64,000 bases of DNA from a virus (lineage: Duplodnaviria; Heunggongvirae; Uroviricota; Caudoviricetes): positions 64,001-128,000 of IMG/VR virus record IMGVR_UViG_3300031949_000001. The stretch is one strand, 5' to 3'. The stretch's first letter is position 1. Each line of letters begins with the position of its first letter. Shown here piece by piece: positions 1 through 8,186 of this stretch. The position numbers were made by a program, and so were the translations under genes. The notes beneath the pieces were generated by a model. The model was not told where the DNA came from. It searched no databases and was given only the letters and a program-made list of their open reading frames with translations.

Positions 1-65
1 ATACACGAAGCGGGGTCGTAGAATACTTAATAGATTAATTATTAAAGACGAGAAAGAGGGTTAAT

Positions 66-413
66 ATGGAACTATTGTATGATGGAACGCTGAATAGACT
101 TACGATTGAAAGCGTAAAAACCAGTATGGCAACTAACTCTTGTCCAGTAGAAGTTGATGTTGAAACTAATAAGTTTTGGGAAGCGTTTCAACCGTTTAGC
201 AAGACAATCATGCGTCAGATTCGAGAAGTTTTGGAATACGGTGATGGTAGTCCTCGTATCTATAATGGTCCGAGTTATATAACATCACACAAGAATGATG
301 AAGAAACAGTTTATTTTATTTTCTTTCGATTTGAAAGTGATAGGGATGCTTTTAAGGAACATTTCAAGCATCTGAAAATGAATTGTTCGCCGTTCAAAAC
401 GGTGATTAAATAA
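66..413 (+). CDS. hypothetical protein
   Basis: 115-aa ORF, GAGGG RBS upstream. Confidence 0.7.
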   Translation: MELLYDGTLNRLTIESVKTSMATNSCPVEVDVETNKFWEAFQPFSKTIMRQIREVLEYGDGSPRIYNGPSYITSHKNDEETVYFIFFRFESDRDAFKEHFKHLKMNCSPFKTVIK

Positions 414-421
414 GAGACAAT

Positions 422-687
422 TCTGTTGTAGTTTAGAGGAAAGGAATTAGTAGTTAGTTGTCAAGATCAGGATATACATTGTTGAGCGAAATATTGGTAA
501 CATCGCATTGGGCTTCCCAAAAAAACGTTGAGCCAGGGGTGGCGCCTGGACAGACCAGTATAGTACCAATAGACTTTTGAGACCTGTGAGCGACTAGCGA
601 AGAACCGAGTACGTGGAAGAACACTGGCACCCAGCACAATGCGATTAGAGCCAGCGACGGTGTGTTCGAAGCCACCCAACAGAGCCA
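422..687 (+). ncRNA. tRNA-framed structured RNA (tRNA acceptor, D, anticodon and T stems, with a ~175-nt D-loop insertion and a 21-nt anticodon loop)
   Basis: TCTGTTG(422-428)/CAACAGA(677-683) then G-CCA; GTTT(431-434)/GAAC(619-622); CTGGC(624-628)/GCCAG(650-654); GGTG(T)G-TTCGAAG-CCACC T arm; intergenic, followed by a GGAGG RBS as the other tRNAs are. Confidence 0.7.
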
Positions 688-700
688 ATTTGGAGGTAGT

Positions 701-1210
701 ATGGAAAATAATAAAAAATATCATTTGTTTTGGAACGGACCATTTAGTAACTGGTACCCATCCAATATCATAGTTGAAGGGGTTGCGTACAACTGCACCG
801 AGCAACATATGATGGCTGAAAAAGCAAAGATGTTCGGTGATAAGGAAATGTATCAACGAATAATGATGTCCAACAGTCCAGCCGATCAAAAGGCGTATGG
901 AAAGAAGGTTAAGGACTTTAATAAGATCGTATGGGAGACTTCTGCTAGAGATATTGTCTACAAAGGCAATCTATGTAAGTTTACCCAACATGCTGACCTC
1001 AAGGAATATATCCTCGGAACTGGTGACGACGTGATTGTAGAAGCCAGCCCATATGACGTGATTTGGGGAATTGGTCTTTATGAAACTGATAAACGTTGTT
1101 TAGATCCGAAGCAATGGAAGGGATTGAACTGGTTGGGTGAAGTGCTCATGCGCGTGCGTGATTGGATTAAAAAAGAACAAAATGGAGAAATAATAAATGT
1201 TAACAGTTGA
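701..1210 (+). CDS. NADAR (YbiA-like) family protein
   Basis: FSNWY, EQHMMAEKAKMFGD, KFTQH, EASPYDVIWGIG, GLNWLGEVLMRVR motifs; start moved to ATG 701 after GGAGG. Confidence 0.92.
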   Translation: MENNKKYHLFWNGPFSNWYPSNIIVEGVAYNCTEQHMMAEKAKMFGDKEMYQRIMMSNSPADQKAYGKKVKDFNKIVWETSARDIVYKGNLCKFTQHADLKEYILGTGDDVIVEASPYDVIWGIGLYETDKRCLDPKQWKGLNWLGEVLMRVRDWIKKEQNGEIINVNS

Positions 1211-1403
1211 ATACTATCTTCCTGATGGAAGTTTCTTTTACGTAGATAAGATTACGGGACACGTCCCACAGAAGGGTGACAAGGTTGTTCATCCGTTTTC
1301 TCAACAAGCATTTTTTGTGAGAGAAGTTCCTGAGTTTTGGGTTGCAAGGCAGATGGTTAAGATTCAAATGAGCCAGCAAGCCAATGACCCAATGAATATG
1401 TAA
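1197..1403 (+). CDS. hypothetical protein
   Basis: GGAG RBS, overlaps the NADAR stop. Confidence 0.6.
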   Translation: MLTVEYYLPDGSFFYVDKITGHVPQKGDKVVHPFSQQAFFVREVPEFWVARQMVKIQMSQQANDPMNM

Positions 1404-1407
1404 CAAT

Positions 1408-1481
1408 TGCCTCATGGTGTAATGGAAACATGTTTCGCTTTGAACGAAAAGTCCTCGGTTCGATTCCGAGTGGGGTTGCCA
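1408..1481 (+). tRNA. tRNA-Gln(TTG)
   Basis: TTTCG-CT TTG AA-CGAAA anticodon arm, GGTTCGATTCC, encoded CCA. Confidence 0.9.
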
Positions 1482-1483
1482 AT

Positions 1484-1867
1484 TTATAGGATTTGAAAAG
1501 ACAACACGTGTCTTGCTACATCCTTCGAAGTATGGTCCAGGACGAATTGATGTTTGGCGCATCGCAATTGAAGCGGTAGTGCGTCGAGCGATCCTCCGGT
1601 TTGACCATTCAACATATTTAGAGTAACATGAAGGTCATGACTTGCGACAGCGTCGATGATCTTTAGAAAGCCTTCTATCCCGGCGTGTTCAACGATTAGT
1701 AGGATAGACTTACCAGCAAGATCGAGAAGGACAGTAAGAACCTGCATGGTGAATTTTGAGGTTTGATCTTCGTCTAGGAAAGCGCTTTTAACATGAACGA
1801 AGAATTTATCCGCACTATGGGGCGGGAGAATGTTGAGATCGAAATTTGACGGCTTAGGCGTTTCCAT
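1484..1867 (-). CDS. hypothetical protein, possible shortened tail-tube (gp19-like) paralog
   Basis: GGAGG RBS and ATAAATA motif upstream; ILPP..KFFV, TMQV, LNMLNG, LDHTS..V..LSF resemble large-myophage tail-tube motifs (from memory, weak). Confidence 0.5.
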   Translation of the reverse strand: METPKPSNFDLNILPPHSADKFFVHVKSAFLDEDQTSKFTMQVLTVLLDLAGKSILLIVEHAGIEGFLKIIDAVASHDLHVTLNMLNGQTGGSLDALPLQLRCAKHQFVLDHTSKDVARHVLSFQIL

Positions 1868-1910
1868 GTATAATGTCCTCCAATATGTGATATTTATCTA
1901 GAGGAATTTT

Positions 1911-2183
1911 ATGTGGATTAAGGTTTGGCAACGGTGGGCGCACGGAGAATACAAGGAATCTTGTACCTATCATGAGGTTGAGGCTGATACTGACATCGAA
2001 AATGTTCTCGATTTTAAGAACCAAGCGAACGAATGGTCAGATAAGTATCGTGGATCATTTTACGAAGTCATTCAGTCACCACCAGAAAAATGGTTGAAAG
2101 TAGAGATTGAAAAACTCATTTTGATTGAAGAGAGTGCAATTAAGAAATCAAAGAGATACATAGAGTTGTTAGAGAAAATTTAA
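1911..2183 (+). CDS. hypothetical protein
   Basis: GAGGA RBS, 90 aa. Confidence 0.7.
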   Translation: MWIKVWQRWAHGEYKESCTYHEVEADTDIENVLDFKNQANEWSDKYRGSFYEVIQSPPEKWLKVEIEKLILIEESAIKKSKRYIELLEKI

Positions 2184-2187
2184 TTAT

Positions 2188-2262
2188 ACCGTCATAGTGT
2201 AGTGGTCTGCACGTGAGATTGTCAATCTTAAAGTCGGGGATCATTCCCCCGTGGCGGTGCCA
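2188..2262 (+). tRNA. tRNA-Asp(GTC), atypical T loop (ATCATTC)
   Basis: ACCGTCA/TGGCGGT acceptor, TGAGA-TT GTC AA-TCTTA, GCCA end. Confidence 0.85.
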
Positions 2263-2278
2263 AATTTAGGAGAAGAGA

Positions 2279-2404
2279 ATGGATGATTTATTGTTTGTTT
2301 TGTATCGCATGCGCGGAGTTATTTCCTACGAAGAATTGAAAAATATGCCTGATGATGAAAGGCGAACTTTGGTGAGTTTCGTGAGGGAATATGGAAGAAT
2401 TTAA
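2279..2404 (+). CDS. 41-aa protein, weak resemblance to small baseplate-assembly (gp51-like) proteins
   Basis: AGGAG RBS; MDDLLFVLYRMRGVISYEELKNMPDDERRTLVSFVREYGRI; below the ORF-track cutoff. Confidence 0.45.
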   Translation: MDDLLFVLYRMRGVISYEELKNMPDDERRTLVSFVREYGRI

Positions 2405-2712
2405 AATGTTTGCGCTTAAACTGGGCGAAGAAGTAACAATACGAATTTTGGATGTTCGGTACTTTGTACATAAGATTAAACCGATACTAACTCAACATTC
2501 AGCCGGAACACTTCCTGGGTGCCCGTTGTGCGAAGCTGGATATCCAGTAAGGATCAGATAAAAATGACGTTTAAGATAAAAACATACAAAGAAGCTTGTG
2601 ACGCTCTTGATACATCAAAGAGATCTTTTACTTTGCCAGTATATGATCATGTTAATGATGAGTGGTTAGTTGGTGAAGAAGATGTGAAACAAGAATGGAA
2701 AGATAAAAATTT

Positions 2713-2786
2713 GGGGCTGTAATTCAATGGTAGAATGCCCGTCTGTCCAACGGAGAACGAGGGTTCGATTCCCTTTAGTCCCGCCA
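2713..2786 (+). tRNA. tRNA-Asp(GTC)
   Basis: GGGGCTG/TAGTCCC acceptor, CCCGT-CT GTC CA-ACGGA, GGTTCGATTCC, GCCA. Confidence 0.88.
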
Positions 2787-2801
2787 GATTTAGGAGGAAA
2801 T

Positions 2802-3194
2802 ATGGAATTAAAAAATCAAATTTTAAAAATTGCCGATGTTGCACAACGCAACGGTCATGTCTACACACAAGATGCATTGGAGAAAGCTGTAGATAATGCT
2901 CAAGAACGGATCAAGAACCAAGATGGTATCTTGGGTGTACTTGGTGAACCTAGAAATGAAGGTTCAATCGACATAGCAGAAATCAGTCATGCCATTACCA
3001 ATATCAGAATGGACGGTGACAAAATGGTTGCTGACTTCAAAATTTTGAGTACTCCAAAGGGAAACATATTAAGGCAATTGTTGGAAGCTGGTATTACTCC
3101 GCAATTTAGCGTTTCAGGTTTTGGTACTGTTGCTGAAGATGGTACGGTAAGTGATTTTGAATTGGTCACGGTCTATGCTAAATACCATGCGTAA
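2802..3194 (+). CDS. prohead protease (T4 gp21-like) paralog, short and possibly inactive
   Basis: RNGHVY, SHAITNI, KILSTPKGNILRQLLEAG, FSVSGFG; GELxHP replaced by GVLGEP and SSRG by SVSG; AGGAGG RBS. Confidence 0.75.
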   Translation: MELKNQILKIADVAQRNGHVYTQDALEKAVDNAQERIKNQDGILGVLGEPRNEGSIDIAEISHAITNIRMDGDKMVADFKILSTPKGNILRQLLEAGITPQFSVSGFGTVAEDGTVSDFELVTVYAKYHA

Positions 3195-3198
3195 CAAT

Positions 3199-3273
3199 TC
3201 TCCTGTAGTTCAGTGGTAGAACGGCTGACTGTTAATCAGCGTGTCGGAGGTTCGATCCCTTCCTGGAGAGCCA
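3199..3273 (+). tRNA. tRNA-Asn(GTT)
   Basis: GCTGA-CT GTT AA-TCAGC, canonical D and T arms, GCCA. Confidence 0.93.
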
Positions 3274-3288
3274 ACTAAGGAGCTATGT

Positions 3289-3549
3289 ATGTCTATCAGA
3301 GTTAGAATAGTCGATGATGAAGTCCTGGAAAGTATTAGTCCAGAAAACCTCAGTGCTCATTTACATCGCACTGGTTGGATTCTTGGTGGCGTTAGTAGTT
3401 ACGGAACGTATTTTTATAAAGATGAATATGAAATAATGGTAGCAGAAAGATCGGCTCGTGATTTTAAAAATTTGATGTATATGATGTTTCAAGTTTTAGA
3501 AGAAGTTGAAGACCGATCACAATTAGATATTTGGGAAGATTTAAAATGA
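3289..3549 (+). CDS. hypothetical protein
   Basis: AAGGAG RBS after tRNA-Asn; start moved to MSIRVR. Confidence 0.65.
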   Translation: MSIRVRIVDDEVLESISPENLSAHLHRTGWILGGVSSYGTYFYKDEYEIMVAERSARDFKNLMYMMFQVLEEVEDRSQLDIWEDLK

Positions 3550-3884
3550 AAACAGCCAAAATGAGAATTACGGTAGAAGCTTTGTCGGATTTTCTCAAGA
3601 TTAGCGGTCTCAACATTTGGGTGACCGGTGGAAAAATGACAGAAGATCAAGATGATGTTATGGAATTGACGCTAGCTGGTTCCGGTTTACCGGAAGAGTG
3701 TGCTACCGATCCTAACAAGTTCATAATGATTTCAGTAACTGTGAATATCTTAGAATTCGACGGAACAGATGTTGGTGCAAAAATAACTCACGCAGATAAC
3801 ATTGATCTTTCGAAAGGATATTTGATTATCCCAGTAAAAAATGCTATATTGTATGGAGTAAGAGATAACGCATATTCGATGTAA
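3546..3884 (+). CDS. hypothetical protein
   Basis: start overlaps the upstream stop region. Confidence 0.65.
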   Translation: MKTAKMRITVEALSDFLKISGLNIWVTGGKMTEDQDDVMELTLAGSGLPEECATDPNKFIMISVTVNILEFDGTDVGAKITHADNIDLSKGYLIIPVKNAILYGVRDNAYSM

Positions 3885-3898
3885 TGTTGAGAGGTTAT

Positions 3899-4276
3899 AT
3901 GAACGCAAAAGAAGCAGCAGCAAAAGTCAGGAAATTAGAAGCAAAAGAAAGAGCAGAGGCTGCTGTGGTGGAGAAAGCTAGAGTAACGCGTGAAAAAAGT
4001 AGAGTATCCAATGCTTCGCGGTCTGCTAAAAAGTGGTTTGAAGGAAGCGTGACGGAAGCGATTACAAAAGCAGTTGAAGATAAATGCCGACAAACTGTAA
4101 TACCAGTTTATCCGAATTCAGAGGGCGGAAAAGCTGAAATACGAGCATTGCAAAAAATATTGCGTGCTAATGGATATACTGTTTCTGATGAAGCGTCTTA
4201 TAGCGAAGATATAGGACATGATCCTGATTGGGGTCATTACGATCATTCGTATCATTATTTAACAGCGTCGTGGTAA
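3899..4276 (+). CDS. hypothetical protein
   Basis: GAGG RBS before MNAKEAA. Confidence 0.7.
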   Translation: MNAKEAAAKVRKLEAKERAEAAVVEKARVTREKSRVSNASRSAKKWFEGSVTEAITKAVEDKCRQTVIPVYPNSEGGKAEIRALQKILRANGYTVSDEASYSEDIGHDPDWGHYDHSYHYLTASW

Positions 4277-4279
4277 AAT

Positions 4280-4353
4280 AGGGGTGTGGTGTAATGGTAG
4301 CAAGGCTGGCTCTGAACCAGTAGGCGAGGGTTCGATTCCTTCCACCCCTGCCA
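4280..4353 (+). tRNA. tRNA-Gln(CTG)
   Basis: AGGGGTG/CACCCCT acceptor, GCTGG-CT CTG AA-CCAGT, GCCA. Confidence 0.92.
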
Positions 4354-4360
4354 AAAGTAG

Positions 4361-4389
4361 TTGATTTTTCCTAAGACAAGGTGTATAGT
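4361..4389 (+). promoter_or_regulatory. sigma70-like promoter
   Basis: TTGATT-17 nt-TATAGT upstream of the beta-barrel gene. Confidence 0.6.
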
Positions 4390-4423
4390 ACGAAACGCTT
4401 TGTTCAAAACTTAGGAGAGAAAC

Positions 4424-5326
4424 TTGAAAAATTTATTGCTTGTAGTTGGATTGCTTTTCCCGATGTTCGTAAATGCGGCTGACGGCGATGTCTATATCAT
4501 GTTCGGTGGACTCACCGGATTGGGTGAAAAGACATATGCTTATCAGGCTGGTTTCGACAGGAATGTTTCAGAAAATTTCTCGATTGGTGCTACGTATTAC
4601 AACGAAGGACACCTACCGAACGACCATCGAGATGGTCTCTCAGTTCAAGGTTGGTATGGTCTCAAGTTGTCTCATGATCTTGCTTTAAAGCTTGGTATTG
4701 GTCCGTACCTAAGCATGGACGGTAACTACAGCGGCACAGAAGTCAATCAAAAGGGTTACGGTATTCTGTCTTCGGTAGCTTTAAAGTGGTATCCGACTAG
4801 TTCTTCCTGGTATCTCAGAGCACAATACAACAACGTGCTTCTGGTTAATGGATACGGTTCAAATGCCGTGCTGTTGGGTATCGGAACCGATTACGAGAAG
4901 CGTAAAGCCAGTCTAGTACCAGATACTGAATTTGGTGTTTGGGGTGGTATCTCTAGAACAACGAACGCGAATACGAATAACGGTCTGGCTTTTCAGATCG
5001 AAGGTAAGCGCCCGATCAATGACTACTTGTCATACTCGGTTGCGTATCTTGACGAAGGTAATAATGGCAGCACAAACAGACAAGGTATTATGGGTCAGCT
5101 TTGGTTGGAAGGACATTCCGAGAAGTGGAATTATGGTGCCGGTTTTGGACCGTATCTAGCTTACGATAAGATGCAATCCGGTCCGAATCTTTTGGCTGCT
5201 GGTAGCTTCAGATTAACAAGAAATGTAACAAAGAGCACTCAACTTGGATTTACATATAACCGGGTAGTCTCGACATATAACCGAGACGCGGATGTATATT
5301 TGTTTGGTGGCTCAGTAAAATTTTAA
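4424..5326 (+). CDS. outer-membrane beta-barrel protein with two repeated barrel-like halves
   Basis: Sec signal ending VNA, alternating aromatic strands, internal repeat YYNEGH..HRDG..QGW / YLDEGN..NRQG..QLW, C-terminal Phe. Confidence 0.8.
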   Translation: MKNLLLVVGLLFPMFVNAADGDVYIMFGGLTGLGEKTYAYQAGFDRNVSENFSIGATYYNEGHLPNDHRDGLSVQGWYGLKLSHDLALKLGIGPYLSMDGNYSGTEVNQKGYGILSSVALKWYPTSSSWYLRAQYNNVLLVNGYGSNAVLLGIGTDYEKRKASLVPDTEFGVWGGISRTTNANTNNGLAFQIEGKRPINDYLSYSVAYLDEGNNGSTNRQGIMGQLWLEGHSEKWNYGAGFGPYLAYDKMQSGPNLLAAGSFRLTRNVTKSTQLGFTYNRVVSTYNRDADVYLFGGSVKF

Positions 5327-5332
5327 CAATAT

Positions 5333-5406
5333 TGCCTCATAGTTTAACGGAAGAACAACACCCTTTGAAGGTGTCTGTCTTGGTTCGATTCCAGGTGGGG
5401 TAGCCA
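5333..5406 (+). tRNA. tRNA-Gln(TTG)
   Basis: ACACC-CT TTG AA-GGTGT, GGTTCGATTCC, GCCA. Confidence 0.92.
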
Positions 5407-5417
5407 AAGGAAAATTT

Positions 5418-6203
5418 ATGTTTTGGGTATTACAGAAAAATCTTTACAATGAAGATGCTTTTGAGGAGCTTCTTCGTCAATTGGAGTTGCAAAACACTTC
5501 CTATCAAGTCGTCAGCATAATTCCATTCGCTCATGAAATGGAGCCAGATGTTAATCCCGAAGGTCATGTTATGACTCTTGGTGCTACATCAATGGCTAAA
5601 ATTTCGAAAAAGAAAGGATGGTTTCCAGGATACTTTGATGAAAATCTTCAGTATTCCTACCTTCTATATGCTTACCAAAAGCATATGCTAAACGCAGAAA
5701 GCGTTATTTACCCATTGCGTGAGCTTCCGAAGCTTTGGGATGAATTCTTCATCCGCCCGAACAATGATAATAAACAGTTTGCTGGATCGACCATGACTTG
5801 GGAGTATTTTGAAACATGGCGTCAAAATCTTATTGCCTTGGATGGTGAAAGTTCATTGACAACTATGACGGCTGATGATTTAGTTGTGATGGCACCGCTT
5901 CAGGACATTTACGCTGAATATCGTTTCTATGTAGTCGATGGAAAAGTTATCACCGGGTCTATATACAAGCGTTCTAATAGGGTGTACTATGTAAATATAA
6001 CGGAATATTCGGACCCTGAGTTGTGGCAGTTCGCTCAAAAGATGGTTAATTTGTGGAGTCCGAATCGTGCGTTTGCGCTGGATGTTGCGTTGACTGAGAA
6101 CGGCTATCATGTCCTTGAGATCAATGCTATCAACTCCGCTGGGTTTTACGCTTGTGACATGGGGAAGTTCATAAATGCGATCAATGGGATGGAATTCAAC
6201 TAA
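5418..6203 (+). CDS. ATP-grasp domain protein (R2K/DUF4343-like)
   Basis: FFIRP..DNKQFAG, EYRFYVVDGKV, FALDV, VLEIN..NSAGFY. Confidence 0.8.
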   Translation: MFWVLQKNLYNEDAFEELLRQLELQNTSYQVVSIIPFAHEMEPDVNPEGHVMTLGATSMAKISKKKGWFPGYFDENLQYSYLLYAYQKHMLNAESVIYPLRELPKLWDEFFIRPNNDNKQFAGSTMTWEYFETWRQNLIALDGESSLTTMTADDLVVMAPLQDIYAEYRFYVVDGKVITGSIYKRSNRVYYVNITEYSDPELWQFAQKMVNLWSPNRAFALDVALTENGYHVLEINAINSAGFYACDMGKFINAINGMEFN

Positions 6204-6230
6204 ATATTCCTTATCCTCAAGGAGATTAGT

Positions 6231-6653
6231 ATGAAACTAGATGAAATTTGGAATTCTCACCCAAGACGCGGTTTCTCAGAAACATTTGATGTTGATCACA
6301 TAGCATTGGATTATGAATCTTTGGAGGATGATCCTCCTAACAGTCACAATATTAAAGCCTGGATGCCTGACATGCGTAACCGTCCAGACTATGCTGCCAA
6401 GTTTGAATACGAATATACACCCGCAGAGCGCGGATCACGTGAACGCGGTGGACTGCAATTGGAACCTGATTATGCGGCTGGTGTAGATATCACCGGAGCA
6501 CAGATTTACGATCCGCGTGTTAAACAGTGGATCGCGGTTGATCCGGAACTTTATTTTAGCAAGCATGCGCTTGAAAAAATAAGTCATGATGTCATGGATA
6601 GTTTGGAATACGCTCCTCCAGAGCGCGAGGATCGATACGAAGACGATTATTAA
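6231..6653 (+). CDS. hypothetical protein (late-motif preceded)
   Basis: CTAAATA and AAGGAG upstream; MKLDEI N-terminus. Confidence 0.7.
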   Translation: MKLDEIWNSHPRRGFSETFDVDHIALDYESLEDDPPNSHNIKAWMPDMRNRPDYAAKFEYEYTPAERGSRERGGLQLEPDYAAGVDITGAQIYDPRVKQWIAVDPELYFSKHALEKISHDVMDSLEYAPPEREDRYEDDY

Positions 6654-6664
6654 TAGGGGGTTTT

Positions 6665-7003
6665 ATGTCTCGACTGCTGCTTGCTTTGATTTTGTTGGCT
6701 TCGACTACGTGTTTTAGCGCTTCTTCGGCTAATCTTTTGATTGACAAAAATTGTAAAATTTGGGGTGAGATTGCAAAGACGGTGATGCAGGGGAAGCGCG
6801 GAGGGCTTACAAAGGATCAGATTTTAGGCGATCTTTCAAACGGTTTAACTGGGCAAAAAATTAAGAAGGAAATCGTTGATTCTGTCCTATTGAATATGGG
6901 ATTGTTGTACGATCAACAGCCGAAATGGAGAGAACCACAAGAAATGTATGACGCGACATATCTAGCCTGCTGGGCGCAAGCATATACAAAGCAAGGTCGA
7001 TAA
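6665..7003 (+). CDS. small exported two-Cys protein
   Basis: signal peptide; paralog of 7006, 12851 and 29817. Confidence 0.7.
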   Translation: MSRLLLALILLASTTCFSASSANLLIDKNCKIWGEIAKTVMQGKRGGLTKDQILGDLSNGLTGQKIKKEIVDSVLLNMGLLYDQQPKWREPQEMYDATYLACWAQAYTKQGR

Positions 7004-7005
7004 TC

Positions 7006-7338
7006 ATGAAAAATGTCTTGCTAACTTTGTTTCTTTTGGGTATAGTATCGGTCTGCTTCGCTGATGGGGGCGAAGTAAACGAAAGAGAATTTCAATGTTC
7101 CAAGATGGGACATTTAGCCAAGCAGATCGTAATCGACCGAGATGCTGGAACCCCAAAAGAAGAAATGATTGCTGAATTCACTGCACTTTATGATCAGATG
7201 TATGGTGAAAGTGATTTAAAAACAAAGTTATTGGAATATGTCGGTATCGTGTATGATGACAAGGAGGATAAGACTCCGAGCGCTGCCTATGCAACGCAAT
7301 ATACACGCTGTTTGACAAAAGGTTATTTTGAATATTAA
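7006..7338 (+). CDS. small exported two-Cys protein
   Basis: signal peptide ending CFA; same Cys pattern as the 6665 ORF. Confidence 0.7.
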   Translation: MKNVLLTLFLLGIVSVCFADGGEVNEREFQCSKMGHLAKQIVIDRDAGTPKEEMIAEFTALYDQMYGESDLKTKLLEYVGIVYDDKEDKTPSAAYATQYTRCLTKGYFEY

Positions 7339-7341
7339 GGA

Positions 7342-7638
7342 TTTGGTTAGCCAGATGATCGCTGTGAGAGTAATCTCATAGAAGAAAGTCGGGACTGCAC
7401 TGGCACAGCTTAGGAGTTAATGGCTCCCCACGGTAACGTGAGTGACGGCAACAGAGACGAGTCCGCATAAATAACATTTATGTGGGGTGAAACGGGCGAC
7501 AGCGTAGGTGCAGCAACTATAGACAGGGGGTGTTGATAGTGCCAGGGAGCCTCCGGGTAATAGGCAAAGATTTTAATGGCGACATTGAAACGAGACGAAT
7601 GATCATCCTCGATAGAATCCCGCTTACGTCTAACCAAA
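7342..7638 (+). ncRNA. rnpB: RNase P RNA (bacterial type)
   Basis: P1 TTTGGTTAG/CTAACCAAA; GAAGAAAGTCGGGA and ATAGAATCCCGCTTA form P4 with bulged U; CAACAGA and TGAAAC motifs; GGTAA L15-like loop. Confidence 0.9.
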
Positions 7639-7648
7639 AGGATTTTAA

Positions 7649-7870
7649 ATGAAACTAAGAGAATTAGAAGAAGCAAAAGACCAAATGGCTTTGATTGTCG
7701 ATTGGATAGCTCAGCGTATCGTTCGAGAAGCTCAACAAGAAGCAGCCGTTGCTCAAGAAGTTAAAGGTATCGCTGCTGATAGTGCTATGCTTCATAAAGA
7801 AGCAAAAATGAAGTTGAAAGATTTGATGGATCGGGTTGATACTGAGATATATCACCTTATCTTCAAATGA
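7649..7870 (+). CDS. hypothetical protein
   Basis: AAGGA RBS directly after rnpB; MKLRELEE N-terminus. Confidence 0.7.
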   Translation: MKLRELEEAKDQMALIVDWIAQRIVREAQQEAAVAQEVKGIAADSAMLHKEAKMKLKDLMDRVDTEIYHLIFK

Positions 7871-8064
7871 GAGAATGTTGGGTCTGCTCCGAGCCCATTT
7901 TTGAATGTATGGGATTTGTAGCAGCCGGTGATTTGAATGATTTTTTGGAAGGTAAACGAACGTCGGTTCGTGAAACTTGTGGTGGTTGTATTTTACGTTG
8001 TATGTATGCGGAAGAGATGGGTTTACCCCGACCATTTCCGTATCCAAATGAAATGCCTTCTTAG
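7867..8064 (+). CDS. small Cys-rich (CxxC..CxxC) protein
   Basis: ATGA overlap; CWVC and CGGC. Confidence 0.55.
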   Translation: MRECWVCSEPIFECMGFVAAGDLNDFLEGKRTSVRETCGGCILRCMYAEEMGLPRPFPYPNEMPS

Positions 8065-8129
8065 TTAAATGGATATAACACAAAACTACGAATTTTGAAT
8101 TACGGGTTCGATTCCTGTAGAGGGTGCCA
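8055..8129 (+). tRNA. tRNA-Arg(ACG)
   Basis: CAAAA-CT ACG AA-TTTTG, GGTTCGATTCC, GCCA. Confidence 0.9.
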
Positions 8130-8136
8130 CTTTTAG

Positions 8137-8165
8137 TTGCTTTTCCGTCCTTTTTATGCTAGGCT
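8137..8165 (+). promoter_or_regulatory. sigma70-like promoter
   Basis: TTGCTT-17-TAGGCT with TG extension. Confidence 0.5.
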
Positions 8166-8186
8166 AACTCCAAACAGGAGAAGTCT

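Noticed and set aside
422-687. tmRNA, or a tRNA with a group I intron
   Set aside because: No Ala acceptor identity (G3:U70, A73) and no tag ORF seen; the main insert is in the D loop, and I could not find convincing group I P7 elements or a splice restoring a 7-nt anticodon loop
454-889. Minus-strand ORFs 454-675 and 467-889
   Set aside because: Antisense shadows of the structured RNA and NADAR; no RBS or motifs
7410-7676. 88-aa minus-strand ORF
   Set aside because: Antisense to the RNase P RNA
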